A stretch of DNA of 64,000 nucleotides from the human T2T-CHM13v2.0 reference genome, Homo sapiens (GCF_009914755.1 NC_060935.1), one strand, 5' to 3'; positions 1 to 14,397 are shown, counted from the stretch's first letter. A program made the numbers and translations. Notes: generated by a model from the sequence alone, not told the origin.

Positions 1-1915
1 GAATAGCTTACAAATAATGTCAATTAATGTAATGACTGTATGCACCTCAAGAAGTCATCAGCTTAAAGGGAATTAACAAGTCTATACAAATAATAGAAAC
101 TTGAAGCTAACCTTAGAGGCCATATATCCTAAACACTTCATTGTAAATATAAAGAAAAATCTGGATATGTTAAGTGATTTTTGATGAAGGTGGATACACA
201 ATCCAAGTCTCCTGAGCCCTAGAGTAGTGTTCTTTGGAATCAAAACAAAAATGAGAGGATAGAAACCCTGATTTTGTCACAAATGTCCACATGAAAGGCT
301 GAACTCTGTCCCAAAATTCTTTTAGGTGTGATAACAAGGCTACTGAGTGGCTAGAAAGAGTCTTTCAAAAACCTGAGAGTAGAGAATAGTCTAGGACAGA
401 GGTACTTTTATTTTTCCCCTTTATTCATTTAGACAGACTGATGTGACAGTAAAGGAGAAGCTCGCCTAGCATCCAGTCATTGGTACCCAAGAGAAGACAC
501 TAGCTGAGAATTAACTGAAGTGCAGCATGCTCCAAGGTTTGCAGCTGCGAGATTATCATAAGTCTGGGAACATAATGAGCCAGGAAGCTGAGAGCAAACT
601 GTTTCCAATTCATGGGAAGTACATTTGTCTTATAATGGCCACAGTTGTCTTAGTGTCATTTTACTTAAAAGATGGTACCTTTATTGAATGAAGCTGGGGA
701 AGGAAGAGCCAGCTCCAAAGACGTGCAATCATCATTGACCTGTAATTGGGCAGGCATGTTAACTGGTCAGACTGTTCCTTTGGATCTGGCTATTTAAAAA
801 TGGAAAGAAATAAAAGGTAGCTACAGCCCTATTGCCAACTGTTTTGCAAAAGATTCAGTCAGTCTTATCTTTTGCACTTAGCAGAAACACTAGTGGTGTC
901 ACCTGAGATGTGGAGAAATTTTATTGTCTAGGTGTAATCAGAATGGCCTGAGGCCTTTGTGAAATGCATTCTTATTGTTAAGAAAATGAAAGTATTTCAA
1001 AAAGCTCAATTGTCTCTTTTCAAAGAGAAACTCTTTCCTTTGCCAGTAATATCTACTGAATAAGCATAACTAGACTAAGTTTTTAAACTCTTCCTTCACC
1101 TAAAATGCAACTTAGAAAGATGAAAAATATCCCCACCAAACTGTATATTCTGTATCCTCTCCAATCCTATCCCTCATTGTCAAACCCAAAACAATACTAT
1201 GACAGAAAAACTACGTAACAATTATAAAAAGCTAGAATAAATTATTAATTTCTAATATCGATTCTTAGAAATTGCTGCCAATAACTGTTATGCAAAGAGG
1301 ATTATACTACTCTCCAGTTTGGCACCAAGTGGGCTTGCTATGTGTTTTCAATTAACTATGAGAAACCACAAATATCTATATAGAGAAACTGAAGGTGAAA
1401 GAATATCTACAGTTTTGCTCATTGCCTGCTTAGCTGCAATTTGATTCTCTGTTTTATTCCACAAGATAATTTTGTTAATCCATCTGATAACAAGAGGAAA
1501 AGAAAGGAAAAGATACTATGTAGCAATGTCACCTTACCTCAGTTACAGTAATGCATTTTTCAAGTATTTGATACAATGTCCTTGGTTTTGGTAGTACTGA
1601 GTCCTAATAAGAGCTATGTCCAGATATTTAGCTACACTGGTATTTGTCAGAAATTTATAAGTAGTCAATGTAAATGAGGACAGTAGGTAAAAATCACACC
1701 AGGCTGGACAATTGTTATGAAAAAAATATATTACCACTGTATCTGCCCCATTTCTGTTTTGCTTTCTATTGTCATTTGCTAATTCCCATGATTTTATGAG
1801 ATGCATTAAGTACTCAGGGATTTCACTGGCCCAAGTTTAAATTAGCATTTTCTGAAGTATGTAAGTTAGTACTTTGCCAAGACTTCATGCTGAATGGTAA
1901 ATCGACCTGTGCAAA

Positions 1916-1935
1916 ATTGCCACCAGGTGGCAGAA
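1916..1935 (+). promoter_or_regulatory. CTCF-binding motif (palindromic core)
   Basis: TTGCCACCAGGTGGCAGAA closely matches the CTCF core CCACCAGG(G/T)GGC(A/G), in non-repeat DNA. Confidence 0.65.
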
Positions 1936-2556
1936 GTCAAATTAGGAACAAGAGGAAGTGACTAATTTGACTAAAATAAGTAATGACTTGGGATTTATTG
2001 CACAACCATTTACTGATTGCTTTCTATATACTTCTTTGTTGAAAAACAATATGTCCTTTCTCTCCTCAAGAAAATTTCAATCCAATAACTTGTCAAGCTA
2101 TCCAAGGAAAGATCGGGCTCTAAATCCTAATTCTGATCCATATTAACCATATGTGGTAGAGAAGAGAATTTGAGAAATCTTTCTCTCTCTGGCACTTAAA
2201 AGGACCCAACAGTAATGATAAATAATAAAGATAACATTCACAGGTGTTTTAATTATATAACTGTGAGGTTTGGCTATAGGAATTCACTTTGATTTGAGTC
2301 AATAATTGAGGGAGAAATGTATTTCCATTCTTTAGACTCCTTTTGCATGGCAAGATTTTTCATGTGGCTGATGTTACCTCATTCTTCAGAAAAATATACC
2401 CTTTTAAACTGATTTGAACCAGCAAATGATTTGTTAAATTATTTGAAATAGTCCAAGCAAGTGCTTCCATAAAGGGGAGTAGAGTTTATAGTTGTAAGAG
2501 GGCTGTTACTCTAATTAAATAAGAAGATTCATTCCACCAAACAAATACTGATGGTT

Positions 2557-2587
2557 TTTTTCTTTTTTTTTTTTTTTTTTTTTTTTT
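2557..2587. repeat. poly-T tract
   Basis: T run with one C interruption. Confidence 0.9.
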
Positions 2588-3065
2588 GTTCAGTGAGAAT
2601 GAAGGAAGTATGGGGAGAGGCTCTCTCTCCATCCATGATCACTTCTCAATAATAACTCAACCTACAAGGTCATCTCCACCTCTTTCTACTGTTAGTGAAA
2701 CTCCTTATGCATTTAAGGGGCAATGATACCAACTAACGATTACTGTCTTTCACGCTCAATTTTTTTTAAATTAAAGCATTAGTTGGTAGCCCATGCAATT
2801 CTGTAGGAGTTGTCATTTAATGGCATTTTTTATTTCTGGTTTATCTTTTAATAAGAAACCCTGCTGATCTGCCTTTCATTTTTCTTCAGAGTAACTCAGC
2901 TAGAAGATGAATACCAATTACAGTTTTCTGGGGTGAGCTAGAAGGAAACTGGTAAGCTTGGAAAGCTTGTCTATGGCCTAAGACTGACTCCTTCAACTTG
3001 CTATTTTCTAGTTAGAAACATTTGACCGGAAGGCCTTTTAAGATGCTTTTTATAAACCTTTATGA

Positions 3066-3392
<327 letters not shown>

Positions 3393-3999
3393 GATTCATG
3401 ACAAATACTTTTATGTATTTTTCAAGATTCGATCTCTGGGTTTGACTATGTTTGTACTAAGTTTCAGGTTATTGTTATAAATATGTTGTAAGCAAAAAAT
3501 TTATAGAGCATGATTACACATTTTAGTGGGCAGATATCTGAATAGAAGATAAAAGAGTCATAGTAACAAAAAGAAAATATGCTTTTGAACTAATAAAATG
3601 AAGACTTTATTCCTATCCGTCAGTGGGGAGAAAGAAGGAAAGGAGAAGGACTTAGAAGAAGGTTTTACTGATAGAGGAGTATTTGTATCTAAAGTCACAG
3701 ATAACATGGAACTTAAGGAAACAGGCCGAGCTAACAGTTACCTAGAGAACAGCATACAAGCAATAGTCAAACCAAGGAAAGAGCCATGGGTATAAACACA
3801 GGCAACGTAGCTTGTGAAAGTGAGCAGAAATGTTTCCCAGGCATTCATTCAAATCAACTATCAATAGAAAGTTTATAAAGGGCCCAGACTAGATTAAGAG
3901 AAAAATTATAGTGTGAGTCAGCCCAGGTTATTCTGTCTGATGTGCTAGGTAAGTGTTCTCATCAGTTTCTAGGCTAGAAAGAAATATACACTGTATACC

Positions 4000-5360
4000 T
4001 TGTGCATTTCATTACATATAAAAGTAAGAAAAACTTGATTTTATAGAAGTTGAAAGAGTAGTGGTTACCAAAGACAGGAAAATAGAGGAGAGAAGGAGAT
4101 GAGGAGAAGTTCATCAATGGGTGCAAAGTTACAGTTAGATAGGAAGAGGAAGTTCTGGTATTCTGTTGCCCAGTAGGTTGATTATCGCTAACAATAATGC
4201 GTTGTACTTATCAAATAGCTAGCAGAGAAGATGGAATGTTCCCACAACAAAGAAATGATGCAGGTTTAAGGTGGTGGATGTGTTAATTCTTGGGATTAGA
4301 TCATTACACAAGGTATGCATGTATAGAAACATCACATTTCACCCATAAATATGTATAATTATTACATGTCAATTTATAAAAACAGAGTTAACTGATGACA
4401 GAACATGTAAGGACTATTTTTTTCAAAAATAAATAATAAATGACTTATGAAATTTACCAGAACTAGCACATGACAAGAGAGTATCATGCCAGAAACACAC
4501 ATTTTACTTTTGACAGGCATGAAAATCAAACTCCTAGGATAGGAACTTTCATTCATTACTGTTGGGAATGAAAAATGAGACAGCCACTTTGGAAAAGAGT
4601 TGGACATTTTCCCATGATGTTACACTTACCACACTACCTAATAATCCCAGTTTTGAGTAGTTGCCCAAGATGAATGAAAATATGTTCACCCAAAAACCTG
4701 AATATAAAAATTTATAGCAGCTCTATTCATAATTACTAGAAATAGAAAACATTCAAATCTCCTACAAGTGAGTGAATAAACAAAGTGTGGTCATCGTTAT
4801 GCAGCAATAAATGGAATGACTAAAATTAATAACAATGTGTTGCATACCTGAAAATTGCTAAGATGGGAGATTTTAAATATACTCTTCATAAGAAATACTA
4901 AATATGTGAGGTAATGAAAATGTTAATTGGCTTGATTTAGCCATTTTGCAATATACATATTATCAAACATCAGTGTACACTTTAATATATATGATTTTTA
5001 TTTGTCAATTAAAAACATGAATTAATTTTTAAAAAGGAATGAACTGTTAATACAGGCAACCACTGGATAATCTCAAAGGCAACATGCTGAATGAAAGAAA
5101 TCAGTTTCAAAATGTTAAACACTGTACAATTCCGTTTATATGACATTTTCAAAAAAACAAAATTATTGTGACTGAGAGCAGACAGTGACTCTGAGCGGCT
5201 GAGACTGGGGAGTGTGTGACTCTAAAAGGATGACACTGGGGAGGCTTTTGAAGTGATAGAGCTGTTCTGTTTCTACAGTCCTGATGGTTACAGAAATCTA
5301 TACCTGTGCTAAAATTAAAAGAATTGTACACAGTAAAGCCAATTGACTGTATGTTAATTT
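4000..5360 (+). mobile_element. Cluster of old L1MA/L1MB/L1MC 3'-end fragments
   Basis: Typical L1M 3' UTR motifs (gtggttacca..., caaagttacagttagatagg..., ggaactttcattcattactgttgggaatg). Confidence 0.75.
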
Positions 5361-5719
5361 AAAAAATATAATAAAGCAAAAAAGTAAACACACACAAAAA
5401 AGAATCCATTTGTTTGCCACCTGAATGTCAGTAAGTCTTCCAATTATTTGGTGTCTGTCTGGACTTTCATAGAAGCAAATTATCTTCAGCTCCCATGCCA
5501 CCTCTTCTGGAAAGTTCAACCGTTTTCCTAAAATCTTCCATGGATCTAGAAAAACATATCTCAATTAAGTCTTTTGCTTCTGCTGAATTCTAAACTTTAC
5601 ATTGTGTGATTATTTTCTTCGCTCTGCTCTTTATATGATAAACATGGAAAATTTCCCCTTTCCTTCAGACCCCAGAGTCACTGATTAGATACTAAGACAA
5701 AATGGTTTTACTAAATAAT

Positions 5720-6135
5720 AAATAATACTAGATGATCTCACTTATATATTGAATCTACATAATCAAACTCATAGGAGCAGAGAGTAAATGCTGGCTGCCA
5801 GGGACTAGGGGGAGGGAGAAATGGGGAGATGTGGTCAACAGATGCAAAGTTTTAGTTATGTTAAGATGAAGAAGTTCTGGAGATATAATATATAGAATGG
5901 TGACCATAGTTAACAATACTGTTTTTTGTACTTAAAATTTGCTAAGGGGGATAGATCTTAAATGTTCTTACTGAACACACATAAAAGGTAATTACGCGAG
6001 GTGCTGGAATATGTTAATTAGCATAATTGTGCTATTATTATACAAAGAACATGTACATCAAAGCAACAAGTTTTATACCTTAAATACACCGAATTGTTTT
6101 CAGTTATACCTCAATAAAGCTGAAAAAAAAAAGAA
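5720..6135 (+). mobile_element. L1MA(8-10)-like 3' end
   Basis: atctcacttatat...caaactcatag...ttatacctcaataaagctg followed by an A tail. Confidence 0.8.
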
Positions 6136-6863
6136 TCAAAAGAATAAAGTGGATTTTAGCACAGCATAGAGCAAGTCATAACTTAAAATTGAATTATCAA
6201 GCAACTGAGTTCTTCAGCCCCTTGGCCATACCTGCTACAGACCCTTGGCAATACCGGCAACAGACCCTTGGTCATCACTGTCACAAGTAACTTTTCTCAC
6301 AGCTTTCTTTCTTGTGGACCTGCCTGATGCCATGTTTGTTTGATCCTCTCTCTCTTTCTGTATCCTTAACTTCCTAATCCTCCGAATACCTGATATTCGT
6401 CATTCTCAGCAGTTTATTTTTTTGTCATGTGGTTACCCTCCTCCATACCTGGCAGGAATTGGGACAAGATCATTATAATCACCTTTCACAAGTATGTGGC
6501 AATCTATTTAGGTGCTTTCTCTATTTAATCTTGGTAATATCGCTCCTCCCCTAGAATGCAGCTCAGTAAAAATTATATTTTTAATAGTTTTTTTTAACTT
6601 TTGTATATTAAAATTATCTATAGGAAAGTATATGTAGTTCTCATTACACATTATGGATTATAGATTCAACTTTTCTTATTCAAGTAAAAAGTTGTAAGAT
6701 AGTTGGACTGGGTGGAGATTCTGGTAATCAGAATGAAAAAAAATTATAAGCACCTTAGGACTATAAGTAGAACATATAACAAGGTTTACAAAATCTCACA
6801 TTTATTATTGTTATTGAGAGTTTTTTCGGTGTTCTTGATAGTTGTTTTTGTGCACAGAAAATA

Positions 6864-6962
6864 TTATGGTTGGTTCAAAAATAATTGTGGTTTTTGCCAT
6901 TGTGCAAAAATAATTACTTTCAGTGGTTTTCGAAAACAAAATTATTTTTGCACTGACCTGAT
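6864..6962. mobile_element. MADE (mariner MITE)
   Basis: Degenerate TIRs ggttggttcaaaaataattgtggtttttgcc ... attatttttgcactgacct, with an internal repeat of caaaaataatt. Confidence 0.8.
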
Positions 6963-7320
6963 AAAATTTGTAACAACTTTCACATTTGAAACTAACCTTT
7001 GCTTTATATTCCAAATCAAAAAATCTATCAATCCATAAACTTTTACTTTAATTTATAAATGTTATCATTCTTTTAATAAATCTATCAAGTTTTTACAATA
7101 ACTTTAAAGTCAGCCTTTATAACAATTAAATTTTCTTAAAATTTTAAACTACCTTTATAAATTCAACATAATCAATTTTTTTCTGAAGTATTTCAACTGC
7201 CTAACAGAACTATTTGAAGTATCTAGATGAGCTTTCTAAATATAATAAATAGATTAAATGTAAAAAATGTGATAATTCATATATTCCAAAATTGTAATCA
7301 CATTTATTTTGCTTTTCACA

Positions 7321-7760
7321 TGTAAACTGACCCAGTAGTTCCACAGACTGTTTTTTTGGATAAACTTCAAAATTGACCTTTCTCATTTTAAAGCTTGAAA
7401 CTTATATTTGTTTTATCTGAGTTCCTTTCTCAGGAAATGACCTTCAAGCTTCTCAAAAAAACTATCAAAAAACTGAAACTTACCAGATCACCATACCAGA
7501 TGCCAGATCCCTCATTCATCATGATTGCTTCCTTGCCCCTCCTAGTTCCTGTTTTCTTACACATTGTTACATTACTTCCCTGCTATATAAACCCCTGCTT
7601 TTAGTCAGTCAGGAAGATGGATTTGAGACTGAGCTCCCATCTCCTCAGCTGCAGCACCCAATTAAAGCCTTCTTCCTTGGCAATACTTGTTGTCTTATTG
7701 ATTGGCTTTCTGTGTGCCAAGCAGCAAAACCTAGACCAAACCCCAGGTGTTTTGGTAACA
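7321..7760 (+). mobile_element. Solo LTR, LTR47/MER72-like
   Basis: TG...CA ends, TATA (ctatataaa) and ATTAAA; family assigned from memory. Confidence 0.75.
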
Positions 7761-7906
7761 ACATTAAAATCAAATGTGTAATTTACTTAAATACTTCACT
7801 TAAATATTTTAATTATACTTAAATACTTTAATTATAATCATGAAATTAACTTATTACATACTCTAGCACATACCTTTCCATTAAACAATAATTACAATTA
7901 TGTATA

Positions 7907-8491
7907 TTTATTGTATATATTCAATATATATGTATATATATGTACACATACATTGTTCTTAAGCTTGACACTAAAGCATTAAAGCTATAGGCTCCATTAC
8001 TTCTAACTTTTAATGATCTATTAGAAATTTTTAAAATTTAAAATATGTTTGCCCAACAAAGAAACATTAATATTATTTCAAGCAATTTAGGGTATTTCCC
8101 AAAGGAATTTGAGATTACATGCACAATCACAGAAACTGCTTATCAGTCAGGAAGAAACCTGGAGTCTGCATGGCTTTTCTCAGAATGATAAGATATACAC
8201 AGAGACCTCACTTATAAATGCTGTGTATCAACTCCAAGTTTATACTTTCCAAATAATATGGCCTTTTAGCCTAGATCACCTGGATTGCATGCTAGCTAAT
8301 AGATACTTCACAAGTAAAACTGGAGTCTCAAACCATCGTAGCTTTCATTATGAATTATTCCCATAAAATTCTCATATGGCAAGGCAGTAAATCTTAGGGC
8401 TATCTTAATATTACTTCTGACTGGATACTGTGTCTTATGGGTTAGTCTTGCATTTTGGTCAGGGCAACAAACCATGACAATGATAACAAGC
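7907..8491 (-). pseudogene. Probable terminal pseudo-exon
   Basis: ccacatttcag|, then 60 open codons. Later YYLESINLELIHSIYK* (TGA 8210-8208) vs C-terminal SILSKLDWNAIEDMV. AATAAA at 7912-7907. Confidence 0.45.
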
Positions 8492-9494
8492 CTGAAATGT
8501 GGATTATGCATACTTTCCCAAGTGAGTTATATATTGAACCACAGATATATGCTTACTTAATAAAATAATTCCTTTATCATATATACTTACATGTATGTCC
8601 ATTTTGGAACAATACTGTCTATAGTATACTGCAAATTAATATTTTTCACAAACTCTAATTTCCTTCTACAAAGTGTACTTGATTTATATTGAACACCGAA
8701 ATTTAAATTATTCATTCATTAAGTGTAAATATTATCACAGTGTAAATTATATTTGTTAAACTTACTGTATAATTTTCCAAGAAAAAAATTTCTCAAGAAA
8801 TACATCCTCAAAATTATTTTGCAAATCATCTTGTTCTTGTTTGTGCATATTAATTTTATATATTCATACTAATATTGTTGTATACATCCTACATCATACT
8901 TTATTGTATTTTGTTTTAAATATATTAATTTATCAGGTGTAAATATCTAAGTCTTTTCTGGCGTATTTTCTTTTTCTAAAAAAAATACTAAGAATCCCAA
9001 AAAGTAAAAGTAGCCTAGGCCTTTTTGGATATTTGAGAATACATGGTTTTAATGAAGATTTGGGAAAATTGGAAAATATTGGGGGATTCAAAGATATCAG
9101 ATTACTGATGAGTCAACTGAACTTTTATCCCCCAGATGATTGTATTTTATATTTATCAGGTCGTTGTGTTTTATATTGTATATTACTTTATATTACTATT
9201 AAAAATGGAAGGAAAGTATGTTTTCTATTAACTCAGACATAATTTTCATCATATATTTATGACTTTAAGGAATATATAGCAGACTGCTCTGTAGATGATG
9301 AAAATATAGAGATACAACCTTCTAAAGAAATACAGCTTCTTTGAAAACAGATTATTTGTAAACAGTAAGATTAAGGCACAATATAAGTTTGATACTTTAT
9401 TCTTAGAATGCAGAGTAAAGATAGAAGAATACGTATAGAATCAGTGAGTTCTCCTTATTCGTTCATCATGTTTGTTGATAATATGAGAGGTAGT

Positions 9495-9725
9495 GATGAA
9501 TTCATTCATTTATTCATTAAATAAAATTTATTTATAAAATGGGTAGAATTCCTATATGTCAGAAATTGTTTAGATAAAAGGATAGAGGACAAATTAAAAA
9601 AAATCCTTGCCTTTAAGCTCTTATTTTAGAGGATCAACAAATCACTAAATAAGTAAAATATAAAGTATATCAGATAAGGTTAAGTGCTGAAAAGAAACAT
9701 AAATCAGAGAAGGATGAAAGGGAGT
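9495..9725 (-). mobile_element. L2 3' end
   Basis: ttcattcatt tail followed by L2a-like sequence. Confidence 0.65.
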
Positions 9726-9731
9726 GCTCAC

Positions 9732-10164
9732 CCTAAGGTGAGCTGCTTCACTGTCCATGACACTTTATGATTATATTCTGGGGAAGAGGAATGCTCTAGG
9801 TTTCTTTTGGTTACCACTGTTAACAGGGATTGACATTGTAATGAGATTTTCTCAAGCTAAATTAATGGTGTTGAGGCAGTAAATGTTGTGAAAGTGGGAA
9901 TGGTAGAAGTCTTGATAAAAGAACACAAAGTTCTGGGGCCACCTCTTCATTGCTGCCGATGATAGTGTGAAAGCCAGGAAAGGAGAGATCTTTATTTGGA
10001 ACATGTTGGGAACACTGCATTTCCTCTTGACCACTGTCAGTGGAAGTAAAAATAAGGGAAGAGGTAAACCTATCTATGTGCTTCAAATTATACTCAGTGT
10101 ATACTTGGGTTTTTATTGACATTCCGGTGATAAAGGTTAACTCTGATGGACTCCTCAATTCAGA
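9732..10164 (-). pseudogene. Pseudo-exon near C-terminus
   Basis: ctaatctattattttaacag|, then 100 open codons SELRSPSELTFITGMSIKTQVY.. (TGMS vs QMTGLTDIADII). Donor AGG|gtgagc. Confidence 0.55.
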
Positions 10165-11097
10165 CTGTTAAAATAATAGATTAGTCAATAATTTATTCTT
10201 ACTCTTGCACTTAAAGTAGAATAATGCCTCTAGTAAATAAATTTTTAATTTTAATCCTGTGGATTGCACCTTTTCTATGCTTACTTCCTACTTCAGCCAC
10301 TTGACCAATTTGTAATTACATGACAAAGCCATCTTTTCTTCCCTTGTGTTGATCCTGCCATTTCTTCTTCCTTCCTAAACCTTATAGGAATTTTTTTGCT
10401 ATCTCAGAAAGTAATTCTAACAGTCCATTCTGAGAATCAGAGCCCCTCACCAGCATGGTGCTTATAACTTTAATTCTTTCATTTTTGTTCAGATGTGCCT
10501 CTGATTTTCTGGTGTATAGCCCTGTTTTACTACTCATGTCATTCACTGGCCTGAGTTTTCTCCATGTATTTTATATCTATAATACTCTGGAAGACACAAC
10601 ATGCTCTATGCCTTTTAGAGATTTTTAATGCACGATTGCATATTAACCCAGGATAATTTTATGTAAATGCAGTAAGTAATCCTGTTCAATAACACTTTTC
10701 CTAAATTATTTGATCTAGGGTCCATAACAACCAATTCTCAATACTTTTTATTAATAGCTCATGGCAGTATCATTCTGCAGAAGACATTTAGAAAACCCTG
10801 ATCTATAAGCAATTATATTTGTTCCCTAGACACATCTTTTTGGCTTATATTGTTTCTAGAACTGAAAATTACGATAAACTTGGCACAGGAGAGCTAAACA
10901 TTCTATGAACTTTCAAATTAAAAAACTGCTGGAGTTTGGAAATGGATACAATCATTTAAATATTTCATTTTCTATTTGTGTCTTGATTCAGAGTATTTGG
11001 GTTTACCTAATAAGATTCTCCAATGTATTTGATTATAACAAAATTGGTGTTCATTTCTGTAGTATATTAGGAAAACAGGGTCATGTTATGCCTTAAT

Positions 11098-11287
11098 GTA
11101 GTGATTCTTAAACCAGAGCATGCATCAGAATCACCTGAAGGATTTGGTAAAATACAGAATGCTGAGCCCCACTACTGGAGTCTCTGATTTAGCAGGTCTG
11201 GAATGAAGCCCCCAAATTTACATCTCTGACAAGTTTCCAATTATTGCTGATGCTACTGGTGCAAAGCCCACACATTAAGAACCAGTA
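11098..11287. mobile_element. MER5A (hAT-Charlie)
   Basis: gcatcagaatcacctgaagg...ctgatttagcaggtctgg...gctgatgctactgg. Confidence 0.85.
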
Positions 11288-11454
11288 TCGTAGTGCACAA
11301 CATGCAAAATCACTTAAGTGTTGGTGAAACTCTTTGTCCAGGAATCAATGAGATGAAACTTAAGTCAACAGCCATTTACTATGATTTTTACATTCCTGAT
11401 TCTCAATTTTTCTGTCTCTTTCCTCTCAATATCTCAGGCAGATTTGATGACTTC

Positions 11455-12640
11455 TTGTAACAAGGAGTCAAAGTCCCAAAGAAATAGAGAGCACATGCAG
11501 TATTAGATAATTCCAACAGGTTTATTTATTAAGGAACTATTTACAAAAGTGTAGATTTAGTACCATAACCTGAAACTTTGTGGTAACCAAGTTATTAACA
11601 TCCTTAGGCTCAAAGCAATAAAGTGAGGGAGAGGATACTGGAAAGTGGAGACATACAGTTGATTAGAAGATCAGTAACTTTCAATCAAGCCAGCTCAAGA
11701 TGGCTTTATAGGTAGGCCCCCAATCCTTCCTTCTGATTCTCAATGGCCAAACCTCAAAAGAAATCACTGGTTACCAGAACCTGTGGACATAGTTTATATG
11801 CTTTACCTCCAAGAGCCCAGCTTGATAGAAAAGATTGCATTCAACAGATCAGTTGCTTTGTACCATTTACTGGGGACTGTGTTAATTTTTTGTAACAAAT
11901 ACACCACATCTAGCATAGCAACTTCAATGGGACTACTACTTGGAAAAGTTTGCAGCAATCCACTGTCATCTACCATGATTCATTCAGTTTTGGTAGGGGC
12001 CAGACTGGTGAAAAAAATTGTAATATGATGGGGACCCCCCTTCCTCATTTTTAAATTATTTTAGAGTGAGAGCAGTCATGGTTATTCCCATAAGGATTCA
12101 GTATTGTTGGTGATTTATTACCTTGGGGAGAAGGGACATTTTCAGAGCTTCTCCTTAGTCTTAATCACTGTGATAGCTCTTATGCTATAGGTAAAGGAAT
12201 CAACATGAGGATTTAGCCAACTACAAGTTTATCCATTCAAATTACTTATTCAGTGGCTAGAAAAATAACTAGTAGGTGAATTTGTGAACCCTGTAGATAC
12301 ACTGTGAATTGGATCTGAGCCAGGACCCTATTTATTACCTACACTGCATATGTTCTTACTCCAACATAGGTTTTGATGGTGCTTTTTGTTCCTGGTTCCC
12401 TGTGTCTAACAGTTCTGGAACTGTTTGGGTACTCATCTTTCCCACATTATCATTATCTGATTAAATGGCCATATACTTCTTTTGGGAAGGCGTGGAGGAA
12501 TTATTACTGGATATAATTTCTAGGTGCTTCCTCCAGGATACTCTCCTTTTCAGCCAGTGGATTTCAAGTCTAGGAAGCTGGACAAAATATCATTATTGGA
12601 ATGGTTGTCCCCAGCTTTTATATACATAGCTTCTTACACA
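11455..12640 (-). mobile_element. Old ERVL LTR plus internal (gag/pro) remnant
   Basis: LTR-like 11455-11830; ERVL internal-like motifs such as aaatggccatatacttcttttgggaagg. Confidence 0.6.
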
Positions 12641-13659
12641 TCCCCAATTTCTTTTTATTGTATAAAATAACCATAAATGATCATAAGTACAAATATGAAT
12701 ATTGCTTTTATAAATATAAAAGCAATATATTTTTTGGCTACCCTTCTATATCAATCTAAGAACAAAGTTCTTTTAATCATCTCCACAGCTGTCTTTGAAT
12801 CACAGACTCCTGACTGCCATACAATCTCACGGAGGTTTAATTTTATGTTAGTTAAAGGAAAAAAAATTAAAACATACATAATTTGACTTTGTCAAATACC
12901 TATCCTGTGTCTTTGCAAGCTAAACTATGCTAGGAAAGTAAGAGTGTATTTGACGGACATATTTTTACATACTAGAGCTTTCAGTCAAAGATGCTCACAA
13001 ATGCGCCTAGTAAAAGTTCCCATTAGTAATTCTCATATGGAACAAACTTTGATGTGGCATTAAATCTTTGGCATAAATTTAAGTGTTCATAAATCTTCCA
13101 AACATTTTCTGGGAATCTGTTGGCTCGGTTAGATGATGAATTAAGTAAATTGACAAAGTCCATTCTTTGCAATTAGTTGTAGAAGTTGAACCCAGATATA
13201 AAAGGAAAATCAACTGTGTACCTTTTCTATCGTGTGTTTTTATTTTTTTCCAGATAAGAAATTATACAGGTAAAAACTGTTTTTTTAGAGAGACATTTTC
13301 TCTTTAAACACAAAATGATAACAATAACTGTAAATCATATCATACAATTTTAATTTGAATATCCTTCACTGTAGTCATAACTTAATGAGAAAAAGACCAG
13401 AAAGCATACTTTAAATAGGAAAGATAGCCTACTTGAATGATCTCTGGATAGACTGCTTAAAAGATTTTGTCACAGCTTTTCAGTAAATAGATTGGTGATC
13501 TTGAGTGCGTTTCTATTTATTCTGTGTTTCAGTTTTCTCATTTGAAAAAAAGGGTCAATATTAAGTGTTTCCTTTTTATTGTTTTATGGTCCTACTCTCT
13601 AACTAGAGGTTATGGCAGAGTGCACATTATCTTGGATGCTAGAATCAACAGACAAACAG

Positions 13660-14080
13660 AAGCAAAACAAAAATAGGTTTGATCTGGGCCTCACCACTAA
13701 CCAGCTATGTTAACTTATTTTATTTCACTAATCCTTGGCTTCCTCATCTGGAAAATGGGAATAATAATATAAGAATAAAATTCAATTATGTGCTTACCAT
13801 AGTTTTTGACACATAGAAAATGCTAAGGAAACAATGCTATTTTGTGCAGCAGTTAAGAGTGGAGACTCTAGAGAGCCCAACTGCCAGGTTCATATCCTGG
13901 CTCTTTCTAATTACCGTCTGTATGACTTTAAGCAAATAATAATAATAATAATAGTGTCTATGAAACTCACTTTTTTTCTATAAAATATTAGACTAGACCG
14001 TTCTCATGGGGTAGTTACAAAATACGTTAAGCATTGTCCCTGGCAAATAGTTGCTCTTATTAGATGTTATTCACCATTAT
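13660..14080 (+). mobile_element. Two MIR SINEs
   Basis: MIR cores cttcctcatctggaaaatgggaataata and ctgtatgactttaagcaa. Confidence 0.7.
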
Positions 14081-14397
14081 TATTAACTTAGATTCTTACA
14101 GTGATCAGAATTTATTAGACTCTATGAAAGCTTCGTGTTCATATACATGAAAGTCAGTGATCCTTTTGGATATCCTGCCATATTTTCACCCATCCTAGGA
14201 ATCTAAAAGTAACTGACAAATCATTGAAAGCAAGAGGCTGGAAGAAGAGTGAGTGAGTGCAATGGATTTCCTCTCTGAAAGCTATGCTCCCAAATGCGCA
14301 GTTAGCATAATGAAGCACGTGTGTTACCTGTTCTCTCAGCACCCATAATCTTCAAGGAAACCAAATTTCATTCTGACCAAAACATCTCTATAGATAG

